DNA of 64,000 nt, taken from an uncultured Bacteroidales bacterium (GTDB lineage Bacteria > Bacteroidota > Bacteroidia > Bacteroidales > VadinHA17). The DNA is taken from the NCBI GenBank assembly GCA_963737255.1, contig CAVTSB010000010.1:71492-135491 (forward strand), given 5' to 3'. The translations under genes were made by a program, and so were the position numbers. The notes beneath the pieces were generated by a model. That model worked only from the letters and a program-made list of their open reading frames with translations. It did no database searches and was not told the origin of the DNA. Position 1 is the first letter of the stretch. Every line of letters starts with the position of its first letter. Positions 46,830-58,534 of the stretch are shown here, piece after piece.

Positions 46830-49637
46830 ATGGCCCGAATTCATGGTATTACAAAGACGTTAAGCACACCCCAGGGACAGTTCAGGTACTGGGATCTTAC
46901 CAATCTTGTGTCTGAAGGATATGACATTGAACAACTTCCATTCTCAATCAGGATCATTCTTGAAAATATTCTAAGAAACCAGAATGGCCTGACATTTAAT
47001 GAAACTCATCTTGAACACATCCTGGGATGGGATCCTTCACCCTCTCAGAATGAGATCCCTTTTCTGCCGGCGAGGGTACTGATGCAGGATTTTACGGGAG
47101 TACCGGCTATTGTGGATATTGCCTCCATCAGGTCGGAAGTTGCACGAAAGGGAGGGAATGCCGCGCTTATCAATCCAATTGTCCCTGTTGACCTGATAAT
47201 AGACCATTCGGTTCAGGTCGATTTTTTTGGTACAGACTACTCGTACCTGAGGAATGTTGAGCTTGAGTATGCCCGTAATAGTGAACGGTATGAGCTGCTG
47301 AAATGGGCGAAGTCGTCATTCACAAATTTTAATGTCCTCCCCCCCGGAATGGGTATCTGCCACCAGGTGAACCTTGAATACCTTGCGCAGGTTGTAATTT
47401 CAAGGGAAGGGACTCTTTTCCCGGATACACTTGTGGGGACCGATTCACATACCCCCATGGTAAACGGTATCGGAGTTGTGGGATGGGGAGTCGGAGGGAT
47501 CGAGGCTGAGGCTGTTATGCTGGGACAGCCGGTCTATTTTATGCTTCCGGAGGTTATCGGATTAAAGCTCACGGGGAATTTAAAGGAAGGAACAACCACT
47601 ACCGACCTGGTTCTGGCTGTTGCAGAGCTTTTACGGGAAAAAGGGGTCGTCGATAAATTTGTCGAGGTCTTTGGTCCCGGTCTCAATAACCTTACGGTAC
47701 CCGACAGGGCAACCATTTCAAACATGTCTCCTGAGTTCGGATGTACTGTAACATATTTTCCCCCGGATGTCAAAACCCTTGAATACCTGGGCATAACCGG
47801 CAGGAATAAGAAGCATATCGATACCGTTGAAGCTTATCTCAAGGCAAACCTGATGTGGCGCGAAAATGAGGATAAAATAAGATTTTCAGAGGTAGTTGAA
47901 CTCAATTTAAGCGGAATCGAGCCCTCGGTTGCCGGGCCAAAACGGCCGCAGGACAAGATCCTGCTTGCAAAAGTGAAAGGAATGTTCATCGACATACTAA
48001 AGAATAGCTATGAAAGGGAATACATTTCAGCCGATGAAAGGGCAGAAACCGAATGGTCAAATGAAGGAGGGCATGTCAACGGATTCAGGACTGATGCCGG
48101 TGATGAAAATAAAAAGATAGAAAGTGCAGGAATAGAAATTGATAAAAAACAGGAAAGGAGACCCGGACTTAAAAGTGTCAGGGTAAAATTTGGCCACTCG
48201 GGTTTTCAGGTAAGTGACGGATCGGTTGTGATTGCCGCCATCACAAGCTGTACCAACACCTCCAATCCAACGGTAATGATTGGGGCGGGACTGGTTGCAA
48301 AGAAAGCGGTCGAAAAAGGACTCTCGGCCAAACCCTGGGTAAAGACAAGCCTGGCGCCCGGATCAAAAGTGGTTACAGTTTACCTTGAAAAAGCAGGTCT
48401 GACACCTTACCTCGATGCACTCGGCTTTCATACTGTCGGATATGGTTGTACCACCTGTATAGGAAACAGCGGACCCTTGCCAGCTCATATTAACAAAGCC
48501 GTTGTTGAAAATGAGCTGGTTGTGGCTTCAGTCCTTTCCGGGAACAGGAATTTCGAAGCAAGGATACACCCGCTCGTTAAAATGAATTTTCTGGCATCAC
48601 CCTTGCTGGTGGTCGCTTATGCAATTGCAGGGTGCATCGATATTGACTTTTATAGCGAGCCTCTCGGTTTTGATCCGAACTTTGAACCTGTTTTTCTGCG
48701 CGACATCTGGCCCGATTCGGGGGAGATCCAGGAAGCAATGAAACAGGCGCTCGATTCGAAGGATTTCATTTCTAACTATCAGGCCATTTTCAATGGAGAT
48801 GAAAAGTGGGAGCAGTTGAGGAGCAAGACAAGTGAAGTCTATCAATGGGATGTAAATTCATCTTATATCCGCGAAGCATCCTTCTTCAAAAATATATCCG
48901 ATGAACCGGGTAAAACATCAGATATAAAATCCGCGAGAGTGCTTTTAAAGCTTGGCGATTCGATCACTACTGATCATATTTCACCTGCAGGATCAATTTC
49001 GGAGAACTCACCGGCAGGCCGATATCTTATTACTCAGGGAATTGACTGGAAGGATTTCAATTCCTACGGCTCCCGCAGGGGCAACCACGAGGTTATGGTA
49101 AGAGGAACTTTCGCCAATGTCAGACTTAAAAATGAACTTGTTGACAGGGAAGGGGGATGGACCCTGCACCATGATAGCGCCAGGGTGATACCTGTGTTTG
49201 ATGCAGCCAGGGAATACCAGGCAACCGGAACTCCATTAATCGTTCTTGCAGGCAGGGAATATGGCAGCGGCTCTTCCCGCGACTGGGCAGCAAAAGGCGC
49301 TTCGCTCCTGGGAGTCCGGGCAATAATTGCAAGGAGCTTCGAGAGGATCCACCGGAGTAATCTGGTCGGAACTGGCATTCTGCCGCTGCAGTTCAGAGAA
49401 GGAGAGACCTGTGAAACCCTTGGCCTGACCGGTGATGAGAAATTTGATATTTTAAACCTTGACGGGCTCAAGCCTAACAGTGAGCTGAAGGTCATAGCGG
49501 TTAAACCTTCAGGTATCAGGCTGGAATTCAGTGTTAAAGCAAGACTTGACTCTGAAATAGAAGTGGCCTATTGGAGAAATGGCGGCATTCTGCAATATGT
49601 CCTGAGAGGTTTTTTCAGGAAGAAGGGAAACAATTGA
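46830..49637 (+). CDS. acnA: Aconitate hydratase A
   Basis: 935 aa. It has Fe-S ligand regions (IAAITSCTNTSNP; GCTTCIGNSGPL) plus DSHTPMVNG and REYGSGSSRDWAAKG. It is colinear with AcnA/IRP-type aconitases. Confidence 0.95.
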   Translation: MARIHGITKTLSTPQGQFRYWDLTNLVSEGYDIEQLPFSIRIILENILRNQNGLTFNETHLEHILGWDPSPSQNEIPFLPARVLMQDFTGVPAIVDIASIRSEVARKGGNAALINPIVPVDLIIDHSVQVDFFGTDYSYLRNVELEYARNSERYELLKWAKSSFTNFNVLPPGMGICHQVNLEYLAQVVISREGTLFPDTLVGTDSHTPMVNGIGVVGWGVGGIEAEAVMLGQPVYFMLPEVIGLKLTGNLKEGTTTTDLVLAVAELLREKGVVDKFVEVFGPGLNNLTVPDRATISNMSPEFGCTVTYFPPDVKTLEYLGITGRNKKHIDTVEAYLKANLMWRENEDKIRFSEVVELNLSGIEPSVAGPKRPQDKILLAKVKGMFIDILKNSYEREYISADERAETEWSNEGGHVNGFRTDAGDENKKIESAGIEIDKKQERRPGLKSVRVKFGHSGFQVSDGSVVIAAITSCTNTSNPTVMIGAGLVAKKAVEKGLSAKPWVKTSLAPGSKVVTVYLEKAGLTPYLDALGFHTVGYGCTTCIGNSGPLPAHINKAVVENELVVASVLSGNRNFEARIHPLVKMNFLASPLLVVAYAIAGCIDIDFYSEPLGFDPNFEPVFLRDIWPDSGEIQEAMKQALDSKDFISNYQAIFNGDEKWEQLRSKTSEVYQWDVNSSYIREASFFKNISDEPGKTSDIKSARVLLKLGDSITTDHISPAGSISENSPAGRYLITQGIDWKDFNSYGSRRGNHEVMVRGTFANVRLKNELVDREGGWTLHHDSARVIPVFDAAREYQATGTPLIVLAGREYGSGSSRDWAAKGASLLGVRAIIARSFERIHRSNLVGTGILPLQFREGETCETLGLTGDEKFDILNLDGLKPNSELKVIAVKPSGIRLEFSVKARLDSEIEVAYWRNGGILQYVLRGFFRKKGNN

Positions 49638-49696
49638 TTTTTTGTGATAACCCTGTTTTGTTTTAAATTATTATACTCAGTATTTCACAACTGCCA

Positions 49697-50110
49697 ATGC
49701 TAACCTTAAATGTAATTGTTTTCTGGCCCTTTCTTGTCTACGCGGCAGCAGTATTGGTCATTGTTGCAATTATGCTCGGGCTTTCACATATACTCGGGGA
49801 AAGACATAAGGAAAAACTGACAGGTGAGCCATTCGAATCAGGCATAGCTCCGACCGGAGACGCCCGCTTAAGGTTCTCATCCCATTTCTATCTGATTGCC
49901 ATCTTTTTCGTTATCTTCGATCTGGATGCAATCTTCATACTTGCCTGGGCTATATCGTTCCGTGAACTGGGGCTGGAAGGATACATCGGCATAGTTGTGT
50001 TTATCGGGATACTGATTGCTGTCCTGGCATATGAAATTGGCATTAAGGCACTTGATTTCGGTCCGAAAGGTAAGCAGATTCTGAAAGGTAAAAACAAATT
50101 ATCAGTATGA
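49697..50110 (+). CDS. nuoA: NADH-quinone oxidoreductase subunit A
   Basis: 137 aa with three TM helices. PFESGI...[29 protein letters not shown] matches the NuoA signature. An ATGA overlap links it to nuoB. Confidence 0.95.
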   Translation: MLTLNVIVFWPFLVYAAAVLVIVAIMLGLSHILGERHKEKLTGEPFESGIAPTGDARLRFSSHFYLIAIFFVIFDLDAIFILAWAISFRELGLEGYIGIVVFIGILIAVLAYEIGIKALDFGPKGKQILKGKNKLSV

Positions 50111-50712
50111 CTCCAAAACTACGCGAATCGTCAGGCGATTCATCTGCTAGCGAATCAATACTTCTCACGCGTCTTGAGGATCTGATTGCCTGGGGAAGAA
50201 AGAATTCGATCTGGCCCTTCAATTTTGGCCTTTCGTGCTGTTTTGTCGAGATGGCCACTTCAATTACAAGCCGCTATGACATTTCAAGGTTCGGGGGCGA
50301 GGTCATACGGGGTACTCCGCGTGAGGCTGACATGATGGTCATTGCAGGCACCGTGTTCATCAAAATGGCTCCTATCATTAAACGGCTCTATGAGCAGATG
50401 ATGGCACCAAGGTGGGTGATCTCAATGGGCTCATGTGCCAACTCGGGTGGGATGTACGACATTTACAGCGTTGTTCAGGGAGTGGATAAATTCATGCCTG
50501 TCGATGTTTATGTATCTGGTTGTCCTCCGCGTCCCGACGCCTTTCTGGAAGGATTACTGCTGCTACGTGATTCCATCGGCAAGGAAAAAAGGCCCCTCAG
50601 CTGGATGTTGGGACCGCAGGGCATCATCCGGCCGGAAAAATCCTCGATCAGGGACCTTAAGAATGACGAAAGAATGAAAATGGAGAAATTAAGACCGATG
50701 AACGAGATATAA
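50107..50712 (+). CDS. nuoB: NADH-quinone oxidoreductase subunit B
   Basis: 201 aa. [21 protein letters not shown] and [36 protein letters not shown] are near-identical in pattern to E. coli NuoB. Confidence 0.97.
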   Translation: MTPKLRESSGDSSASESILLTRLEDLIAWGRKNSIWPFNFGLSCCFVEMATSITSRYDISRFGGEVIRGTPREADMMVIAGTVFIKMAPIIKRLYEQMMAPRWVISMGSCANSGGMYDIYSVVQGVDKFMPVDVYVSGCPPRPDAFLEGLLLLRDSIGKEKRPLSWMLGPQGIIRPEKSSIRDLKNDERMKMEKLRPMNEI

Positions 50713-50751
50713 TTATTCTTATAAAATTACTTATCGATTAAAGGTATTTCC

Positions 50752-52503
50752 ATGGTTGAAGATCTTCCTCTCCTTGCTTCCCTTAAGGAAAGATATGACG
50801 AAAAGGTGATATTTGACAGTCAGGTCACCGCCGACAATACTTTGACCATATGGGTCTTCAGCGAAAAAGTGGCCGGACTTTTAAGGTTTCTGAAATATGA
50901 AATAAACAGGCCCTTCAGGATGCTTTTTGACCTGACTGCAATTGATGAAAGGAGAAGATCGGGAGGGAGCATACCTCAAAGTGCTGATTTTACTATTGTA
51001 TATCATCTTACTTCATTTGAAAGAAATGAAGATATCCGTATCAAAGTGCCTTTGAATGGCGTATTTCCATCACTCGAAAGCATAACCGGAATATGGCCTT
51101 CAGCCAACTGGTACGAGCGTGAGATATTTGATATGTTCGGCATTAAATTCACAGGTCATCCATATATGCACCGGATCCTCATGCCAAAATCATGGGAGGG
51201 CTATCCCCTGAGGAAAGAGTATCCTGCCAGGGCAACCGAGATGGGACCGTATGTCCTGGAGGACCAGATGAGGGAGATTGCTGACAGTGACCTTAAATTC
51301 AATCCCGAAGAATGGGGAATGAAACAGCAGGCTGAGGATACCGATTTCATGTTCCTGAACATCGGACCTCAGCATCCCGGAACTCATGGCTTGCTGAGAC
51401 TCGTACTCCAGCTCGACGGGGAGGATATTGTAGATATTGTACCCGATATCGGTTTTCATCACCGGGGAGCTGAAAAGATGGGCGAACGGCAATCATGGCA
51501 TACCTTTATCCCCTACACCGACAGGATCGATTACCTCGGCGGGGTTATCAACAACCTTGCATATCTGCTTTCAGTTGAGAAGCTTGCAGGAATACAGGTT
51601 CCGGAGAGGGCTAATGTCATCAGGGTTATGATGACTGAGCTCTTCCGTATTGCAAGCCATCTTGTATGGCTTGGAACTTATGCCCAGGACCTCGGGCAGA
51701 TGTCCCCGGTATTCTTTGCCTTCAATGACAGGGAAAGAATCTATGATATAGTCGGGGCAATAACGGGCGGACGGATGCACCCTTCATGGTTCAGGATCGG
51801 CGGCGTCGCCCACGATCTTCCTGATGGATGGAACAAACTCATTCAGAGTTTCATTGATTATTTTCCGGCAAGACTTAAGGAATTTGAGAAGGTTGTAATC
51901 AGGAACAGGATATTTAAGGCGAGAACTGTAGGAATAGGGGCGTTCACTTCACAGGAAGCCATTGAATGGGGCGTAACCGGTCCGGGACTCCGTTCGGCCG
52001 GGGTTGAATGGGACTATCGCAAAAAACGTCCATGTTCGGGATATGAAAACTTTGAATTTGATATACCCGTCGGAAACAATGGCGACTGCTTCGACCGGTC
52101 ACTTATAAGGATGGAGGAGATGCGCCAGAGCCTTAAAATAGTCCAGCAGTGCGTAAATAATATGCCCGGAGGTCCGTATAAATCAAGCCACCCCCTTACA
52201 ACCCCGCCCCTTAAAGAAGACACCATGCAGGATATTGAAACCCTTATTACCCATTTTCTGGGGGTTACGTGGGGTCCGGTAATACCTGCCGGCGAGGCAA
52301 TGGTCCCGGTGGAAGCGGCTAAAGGCTGCAATGGGTACTATCTTGTCAGTGACGGAGGTACTTCTGCATACCGCTCAAGGATCCGTACACCATCCTTCCC
52401 TCACATCCAGATGATACCTTTTATGGCACGAGGCTATACAATACCCGACTTGTTATCAATACTTGGTGCACTGGATTTTGTCCTTGCAGATCTTGACAGA
52501 TAA
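50752..52503 (+). CDS. nuoC: NADH-quinone oxidoreductase fused subunit C/D
   Basis: 583 aa in a single ORF. The NuoC part has [21 protein letters not shown]. The NuoD part has [26 protein letters not shown]...[17 protein letters not shown]...[10 protein letters not shown]...DFVLADLDR. It is colinear with E. coli NuoCD. Confidence 0.97.
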   Translation: MVEDLPLLASLKERYDEKVIFDSQVTADNTLTIWVFSEKVAGLLRFLKYEINRPFRMLFDLTAIDERRRSGGSIPQSADFTIVYHLTSFERNEDIRIKVPLNGVFPSLESITGIWPSANWYEREIFDMFGIKFTGHPYMHRILMPKSWEGYPLRKEYPARATEMGPYVLEDQMREIADSDLKFNPEEWGMKQQAEDTDFMFLNIGPQHPGTHGLLRLVLQLDGEDIVDIVPDIGFHHRGAEKMGERQSWHTFIPYTDRIDYLGGVINNLAYLLSVEKLAGIQVPERANVIRVMMTELFRIASHLVWLGTYAQDLGQMSPVFFAFNDRERIYDIVGAITGGRMHPSWFRIGGVAHDLPDGWNKLIQSFIDYFPARLKEFEKVVIRNRIFKARTVGIGAFTSQEAIEWGVTGPGLRSAGVEWDYRKKRPCSGYENFEFDIPVGNNGDCFDRSLIRMEEMRQSLKIVQQCVNNMPGGPYKSSHPLTTPPLKEDTMQDIETLITHFLGVTWGPVIPAGEAMVPVEAAKGCNGYYLVSDGGTSAYRSRIRTPSFPHIQMIPFMARGYTIPDLLSILGALDFVLADLDR

Positions 52504-52536
52504 TAGTGTATCTATAATAATATCAAATAATTAATA

Positions 52537-53001
52537 ATGCTGACAGACAAAGAACTTGAAGAGATTAACGAAGAAAAAAAGCTTTATCCGTACCCCGGAG
52601 CAGCCTGTATCGATGCATTGAAAATTGTGCAGCATCACCGTGGATGGATTTCCGATGAGGCTGTGGAAGATATTGCTGCTGAGCTTAAGCTGGCAACAGA
52701 TGAAGTAGACGGTGTGGCAACCTTCTATACAAGGATATACCGCAAGCCGGTGGGAAGGAACATTATCCTTGTGTGCGAAGGGATCAGCTGTATGATAATG
52801 GGTTACGAATCCCTCTACGGTTATATTTCGAAAAAGCTGAATATAGGCTTTGGAGAGACCACCGGCGACGGGCGCTTCACCCTCTTGCCGGTCTCCTGCC
52901 TCGGCGACTGCGATCATGCGCCGGTGTTGATGGTAAATGATGACCATTACCGTAACCTGACTATTGAACAAATTGATAGCATTCTTGACAGTTACATGTA
53001 A
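52537..53001 (+). CDS. nuoE: NADH-quinone oxidoreductase subunit E
   Basis: 154 aa. It has the 2Fe-2S cysteines (VCEGISCMIMG...SCLGDCDHAPVLMVND). Confidence 0.95.
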   Translation: MLTDKELEEINEEKKLYPYPGAACIDALKIVQHHRGWISDEAVEDIAAELKLATDEVDGVATFYTRIYRKPVGRNIILVCEGISCMIMGYESLYGYISKKLNIGFGETTGDGRFTLLPVSCLGDCDHAPVLMVNDDHYRNLTIEQIDSILDSYM

Positions 53002-53007
53002 CATATT

Positions 53008-54288
53008 GTGGAAAAACCTCTGACTGAACATATTATACCTGACAAGCTTCCTCCCGGATTAAAGGAATACAGGAAAGCAGGCGGCTTTTCCGGCGTCGAG
53101 AAAGCACTTAAAGGAATGACGCCTGATGATATCATAAATCTTGTGAAAACTTCCGGGCTTACCGGGAGGGGAGGTGCCGGCTTCCCGACCGGACTGAAAT
53201 GGAGCTTTGTCCCAAGGAACCCGGGTGACGGCTATACGTATCTGATAGCCAATGCTGATGAAATGGAACCGGGCACATACAAAGACAGATACCTTCTCGA
53301 AGGGAATCCACATCAATTGATCGCCGGTATGATAATCGCCTCATATGCCATCCAGGCGCAAAAAGCATACATTTTTATACGGTGGGCATACAAGAAAGCT
53401 GAAACTCTTATCAGGAAGGCAATCGCAGAAGCATATGAAGCCGGTTATCTTGGAAATAATATCCTTGGAACAGGTTACAATCTCGATCTTTACCTTCATT
53501 CCAGCGCAGGGCGCTATATATGCGGTGAAGAAACCGCACTTATCAATTCGCTTGAAGGCAGGAGAGGGATACCCAGGACTAAACCTCCGTTCCCTGCAGT
53601 AAGCGGATTGTTCGGTCGTCCGACGGTTGTCAACAATGTGGAAACACTCTGCTGGATTCCTCACATTGTTAATAAAGGGGCGGAATGGTTCGTGAAGCTG
53701 AGCCTGACAGGGGAGGGTGGTACAAAATTGTACGGTGTAAGCGGAAGGGTCAGGCGGCCAGGTCTTTGGGAACTCCCGATGGGTACTCCCCTGCGGGAGA
53801 TCATTCTTGATCATGCCGGAGGGATGCAGGAGGGGTACAGCTTAAGGGGCATCATTCCAGGCGGGGCATCAACCGATTTTATGACTGAGGATCACCTCGA
53901 TACGCCGATGGATTTTGCTTCCGTCAGGAAGACAGGAAGCAGGCTGGGAACCGGTACCATGATCATACTTGATGACAAAACCTGCCCCGTTGCCTTCATC
54001 CGCAATCTGATCAGGTTCTTTGCCGATGAGAGTTGCGGATGGTGCACCCCCTGCCGTGAAGGCCTCCCCTGGGTTGAAAAGATCCTCGCCTCCTTTGAAT
54101 CAGGTGAAGCGAAACACAGCGATATGGCGATCCTTGAGTTCCACACATGGTATATGGGCCCTGGCAACACATTCTGCGCCCATGCACCGGGAGCCGTTGA
54201 ACCATTGCAGAGCGGCCTGAAATATTTCCGCGAGGATTTCATGAAACATATTAATGAGAAACATTGCCCATGGAAACAGAAAGCCTGA
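53008..54288 (+). CDS. nuoF: NADH-quinone oxidoreductase subunit F (GTG start)
   Basis: 426 aa. It has GLTGRGGAGFPTGLKW (FMN/NADH site), YICGEETALINSLEG and ESCGWCTPCREG (4Fe-4S). Confidence 0.97.
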   Translation: MEKPLTEHIIPDKLPPGLKEYRKAGGFSGVEKALKGMTPDDIINLVKTSGLTGRGGAGFPTGLKWSFVPRNPGDGYTYLIANADEMEPGTYKDRYLLEGNPHQLIAGMIIASYAIQAQKAYIFIRWAYKKAETLIRKAIAEAYEAGYLGNNILGTGYNLDLYLHSSAGRYICGEETALINSLEGRRGIPRTKPPFPAVSGLFGRPTVVNNVETLCWIPHIVNKGAEWFVKLSLTGEGGTKLYGVSGRVRRPGLWELPMGTPLREIILDHAGGMQEGYSLRGIIPGGASTDFMTEDHLDTPMDFASVRKTGSRLGTGTMIILDDKTCPVAFIRNLIRFFADESCGWCTPCREGLPWVEKILASFESGEAKHSDMAILEFHTWYMGPGNTFCAHAPGAVEPLQSGLKYFREDFMKHINEKHCPWKQKA

Positions 54289-57017
54289 AGATTAATATCG
54301 ACGGGAAGGAATATGAGGTAAAGCCTGGTGATAACCTGCTCCAGACATGCCTTGCACTTGGTTTTGATATTCCGTATTTCTGCTTCCACCCTGCAATGGG
54401 TTCAGTCGGAGCCTGCCGGCAATGCGCAGTCAAAAAATTCGCAAATGCTGAAGATAAAAGAGGAAAGATTGTAATGTCGTGCATGGAGCCAGTCACTGAG
54501 GGTCTGATAATATCCACAACTGATCCGGAAGTAAAGGCTTTCCGGGCAGCGGTGATCGAAAGTCTCATGACCAATCACCCGCACGATTGCCCGATTTGCG
54601 ACGAAGGCGGCGAGTGCCATCTTCAGGATATGACAGTTATGACCGGGCATGCCTACAGGCGTTTTGAATTCAGGAAACGGACTTACAACAATCAATACCT
54701 CGGGCCATTCATACATCATGAAATGAACCGGTGCATCCAGTGTTACAGGTGTGTCAGGTTCTACAGGGATTATGCCGGGGGAAATGACTTTGATGTAATG
54801 GGATCGGCAAACCGTGTATATTTCGGGAGATTTCAGGAAGGGACACTTGAGAGTGAATTCAGCGGAAACCTTGTCGAAGTGTGCCCCACCGGGGTATTTA
54901 CTGATAAACCGCTGAAGGATCATTACACCCGTAAATGGGATCTGACAAATGCGCCTTCGGTATGTATCCACTGCAGTCTTGGCTGCAATACTATTATTGG
55001 TGAAAGATACGGCACCGTACGACGGGTGCTGAGCCGGTATAACGGTGAGGTGAACGGGTACTTCCTTTGCGACAGGGGAAGATTTGGTTATGATTTCCTT
55101 AACAGTCAGGGGCGTATCAAAAAAATAATGGCAAAAGTTGAAGGTCAGGAGAAACCTGGCGGAATAAATGAAGAAGAATACAGGGCTCTGGCCGGAAAAA
55201 TGCTGAACAACCGGAAACTGGCCGGGATAGGCTCTCCCAGGGCATCGCTTGAAGCAAATTTTGCCCTTGAGACTCTTGTCGGCACGAAAAATTTCTTTCA
55301 CGGGATTTCAGGAGAACAATTCAGGCTTGTTGACGCTGCACTGAAGATCCTGAACAGTACAACCGTTCACTCTCCATCGCTGAAGGAAATTGAAAAGCAT
55401 GATGCCATACTTATCCTGGGAGAAGACCTGACAAACACCGCACCGATGCTTGCACTGGCAGTACGGCAAGCTTTGAGGAACAAATCATTTGAGAAAGCTT
55501 CTGCTGCCGGAATACCTCTCTGGAATGATGCTCCCGTCCGGGATTTGGCTCAGGAAACCAGAAGTCCGCTGTTTATTGCTTCGCCATGCAGCACCAAACT
55601 TGATGATGTAGCGGAGGGTATTTTCCGCGCCGCTCCGGCAGAGATTTCAAGACTGGGATTTACAATAGCCTCGTTGATCGATAGATCGGCACCCGGACCT
55701 GAAAAGACTTCAGGCACAATGATCAAAACCGCTAAAACAATAGCATCATCACTAATAAATGCAGAAAATCCCCTGATCATAACCGGACTGCAGAGCAACG
55801 ACATTTTGCTACTCAATTCGGTAGCGAACATCGCCCGGGCTTTATCGAATGCAGGGAAAATAGCGTCAGTTTCCATGGTTTTTCCTGAAGCAAACAGTGC
55901 GGGCCTCGGACTTATGGCCGGCAAAGCTCTTGACGGGCTGAAAGCAGCTGCACTGAATGGTGAAATTGACACACTGATCATTCTTGAAAACGACCTTTAC
56001 CGGAGAACTGCAAGGGAGGAGATTGATTCAATCATCGACAGCTGTAAAAACATAATAGTTCTCGATTATCTCGAAAATGAGACAACAATGAAAGCCGGCC
56101 TGCTGCTGCCTTCAGGACCATTTGCGGAATCAACCGGCACAATTGTCAGTAACGAGGGAAGGGCACAGAGGTATTACCGTGTTTTACCGGAAGAGGGTAT
56201 GATAAGGGAGAACTGGAAAATATTATCAGAATTTATTGAAATTGCTGTTAGGGGCAATGATAAAAAATGGCAGGGTTTCGATGATATAGTTAATTCATTT
56301 ACTGAAACATATCCTCTTTTTAATAAAGTAATGGATGAGATGCCGGACTCAGGCTTCCGGCTGATCAATGAAAAGGTTGCGAGGCAGAGTGCAAGGTTCA
56401 GCGGCAGGACAGCTATGAATGCAGCCCGGGAGGTCAGTGAACCCAGGCCACCTCAGGACGAAGATTCGCCATTGACTTTCAGTATGGAAGGTTTCAAAGG
56501 TGTTTCCCCATCTTCCTACCTTGTCCCTTACTACTGGGCGCCGGGCTGGAATTCAGTCCAGGCAATGAATAAATATACTGATGAACCTGGAGGATCATAC
56601 ATATCAGGTGATCCTGGAGTCCTGCTTTTCAACGGTACAATCGGTCCTGTTCAGGATTTCTTCAAAGAAATTCCCGGGCCGTTCATACCAGAAAAGGGGA
56701 AATTGCTGATTGTACCTGTCAGCCTTATCTTCGGATCTGAGGAACTGAGCAGTGAAAGCAAACCTGTTTCAGAATTGATGCCGGAACCTTTTCTCCTTAT
56801 TAATAAGGATGATGTTTCCGCGTTAACTTTGACTGAAGATAACTATACTAATATCACTATTAATCAAATAAATATAAAGTTAAAGGTTAGGATTGACTAT
56901 TCAATTCCAGCTGGTATCGCCGGTTTATCATACATGCTGCCCGGAATGCCTTATGTAAAGCTGCCATACCTCTGCGGGATTGAAAAAGCCGGCATACAGG
57001 AAAAAAAGGAAAAATAG
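54264..57017 (+). CDS. nuoG: NADH-quinone oxidoreductase subunit G (long, E. coli-type)
   Basis: 917 aa. INIDGKEYEVKPGDNLLQTCLALGFDIPYFCFHPAMGSVGACRQCAV, HPHDCPICDEGGECHLQD and RCIQCYRCVRF are present. The start overlaps the nuoF end (alternative ATG at 54270). Confidence 0.95.
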   Translation: MPMETESLKINIDGKEYEVKPGDNLLQTCLALGFDIPYFCFHPAMGSVGACRQCAVKKFANAEDKRGKIVMSCMEPVTEGLIISTTDPEVKAFRAAVIESLMTNHPHDCPICDEGGECHLQDMTVMTGHAYRRFEFRKRTYNNQYLGPFIHHEMNRCIQCYRCVRFYRDYAGGNDFDVMGSANRVYFGRFQEGTLESEFSGNLVEVCPTGVFTDKPLKDHYTRKWDLTNAPSVCIHCSLGCNTIIGERYGTVRRVLSRYNGEVNGYFLCDRGRFGYDFLNSQGRIKKIMAKVEGQEKPGGINEEEYRALAGKMLNNRKLAGIGSPRASLEANFALETLVGTKNFFHGISGEQFRLVDAALKILNSTTVHSPSLKEIEKHDAILILGEDLTNTAPMLALAVRQALRNKSFEKASAAGIPLWNDAPVRDLAQETRSPLFIASPCSTKLDDVAEGIFRAAPAEISRLGFTIASLIDRSAPGPEKTSGTMIKTAKTIASSLINAENPLIITGLQSNDILLLNSVANIARALSNAGKIASVSMVFPEANSAGLGLMAGKALDGLKAAALNGEIDTLIILENDLYRRTAREEIDSIIDSCKNIIVLDYLENETTMKAGLLLPSGPFAESTGTIVSNEGRAQRYYRVLPEEGMIRENWKILSEFIEIAVRGNDKKWQGFDDIVNSFTETYPLFNKVMDEMPDSGFRLINEKVARQSARFSGRTAMNAAREVSEPRPPQDEDSPLTFSMEGFKGVSPSSYLVPYYWAPGWNSVQAMNKYTDEPGGSYISGDPGVLLFNGTIGPVQDFFKEIPGPFIPEKGKLLIVPVSLIFGSEELSSESKPVSELMPEPFLLINKDDVSALTLTEDNYTNITINQINIKLKVRIDYSIPAGIAGLSYMLPGMPYVKLPYLCGIEKAGIQEKKEK

Positions 57018-57030
57018 TTAAAACTGCATA

Positions 57031-57981
57031 ATGAAATATGCATTTATAATAGCGGGTGTTTTACTTATCGCCCTTACGATAGCGGCCGGATTGATCTGGG
57101 TTGAACGGAGGCTGCTTGCCCTTTTTCAGGACAGGCAGGGGCCGAATCGGGTAGGTCCTCTGGGACTAGCCCAGGTTCTGGCCGACGTGGTCAAGATCTT
57201 TTTCAAGGAAGACTGGATCCCTCCGTTTGCTGACAAAGCCGTGTTCGTAGCGGCTCCGGGCATCCTGATAGGCACAATCCTGCTTACTTTCGCGGTTATA
57301 CCGTTCACGGATACTTTCCTTGTCCTTGATTCCAATATTGGGATACTTTTCTTCCTGGGAAATTCATCGCTTGGGGTTTACAGCATTGTGCTCGGAGGCT
57401 GGGCATCGAACAACAAATACTCCCTGCTCGGGTCGATAAGGGCATCCGCACAGATGCTTACTTATGAAGTATTTATGGGGCTTTCGCTTGCGGGCGTTGT
57501 GATGATGGCCGACAGCTTCAGCCTTCGCGAGATTGTGGAGGCACAGCGCGGCGGATGGTTTTTCATTCCCCAGTTTGTTGCATTTGTAATATTCTTTATT
57601 GCCGGTATTGCCGAAACCCACCGTACTCCTTTCGATATACCAGAGGCTGAAGGAGAACTTATCGCCGGATATCATTCAGAGTATTCAGGAATGAAATTCG
57701 GAATGTTTTTCGTCGGGGAGTACCTTGGAGTAACGCTTATTTCTTCGCTGATAGCTACTTTATTTTTCGGCGGCTGGCTTGGACCTGCTTTTCTTCCGCC
57801 TGCCTTCTGGTTCTTTTTCAAGACAGCTTTTTTTATCTGCCTTTTCATACTGATACGGGCTTCATTGCCGCGGCTGCGATATGACCAGCTTATGGAATTC
57901 GGCTGGAAGATCCTGCTTCCGCTGGTTCTTCTTAATATCCTGATCACTGGCGCCGTGATCATATTTATGATTCCAAAATAG
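57031..57981 (+). CDS. nuoH: NADH-quinone oxidoreductase subunit H
   Basis: 316 aa polytopic membrane protein with [19 protein letters not shown] and [29 protein letters not shown]. Confidence 0.97.
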   Translation: MKYAFIIAGVLLIALTIAAGLIWVERRLLALFQDRQGPNRVGPLGLAQVLADVVKIFFKEDWIPPFADKAVFVAAPGILIGTILLTFAVIPFTDTFLVLDSNIGILFFLGNSSLGVYSIVLGGWASNNKYSLLGSIRASAQMLTYEVFMGLSLAGVVMMADSFSLREIVEAQRGGWFFIPQFVAFVIFFIAGIAETHRTPFDIPEAEGELIAGYHSEYSGMKFGMFFVGEYLGVTLISSLIATLFFGGWLGPAFLPPAFWFFFKTAFFICLFILIRASLPRLRYDQLMEFGWKILLPLVLLNILITGAVIIFMIPK

Positions 57982-58013
57982 TGGAGGTTGAGTTATAAGT
58001 AAATAAATCAATA

Positions 58014-58529
58014 ATGATCAGCATCTTAAGAAGCATCTGGTATACATTTCTCCATTCATTTCACAGGCGGGAAACCCTCGGTTACCCAGAGAAAAAACCT
58101 TATTTGCCTCCAAGGTACAGGGGCAGGATCATTCTTTCCCGCGACGATGAAGGAAAAGAAAGATGCGTTGCATGCTACCTGTGCGCTGCTGCCTGTCCGG
58201 TTGACTGCATTGCCCTCCAGGCGGCAAATGACACGGACGGAAGAAGATACCCTGAATTCTTCAGGATTAATTTTTCGAGGTGCATCTTCTGCGGTTTTTG
58301 CGAAGAGGCATGTCCGACGTATGCAATACAGCTGATCCCCGATTTTGAAATGGGTGAATATGACAGACAGAATATGGTTTATGAGAAAAATAACCTTCTG
58401 ATCAATGGCGAAGGCAAATATCACGGATACAATTTTTACAGGGTAGCCGGAGCGGAAATGGGAGTGAAGGGGATAGGAAAAGGGGATAATGAGGAGCCTC
58501 CGGTGGATTTGAAAAGCTTAATACATTAA
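58014..58529 (+). CDS. nuoI: NADH-quinone oxidoreductase subunit I
   Basis: 171 aa with two 4Fe-4S ferredoxin motifs ([24 protein letters not shown]). Confidence 0.97.
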   Translation: MISILRSIWYTFLHSFHRRETLGYPEKKPYLPPRYRGRIILSRDDEGKERCVACYLCAAACPVDCIALQAANDTDGRRYPEFFRINFSRCIFCGFCEEACPTYAIQLIPDFEMGEYDRQNMVYEKNNLLINGEGKYHGYNFYRVAGAEMGVKGIGKGDNEEPPVDLKSLIH

Positions 58530-58534
58530 CTTCC

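Noticed and set aside
54402-55301. 299-aa ORF antisense to nuoG. Similar long antisense ORFs are 52531..53031, 53341..53814, 53892..54389, 49064..49495, 55550..55981 and 60166..60558.
   Set aside because: Each lies opposite a gene whose product matches a well-known family end to end (nuoE/F/G/L, acnA). The antisense translations are low-complexity or Arg/Ser/Pro-rich with no recognisable motifs, as is typical of shadow ORFs in GC-richer coding DNA.
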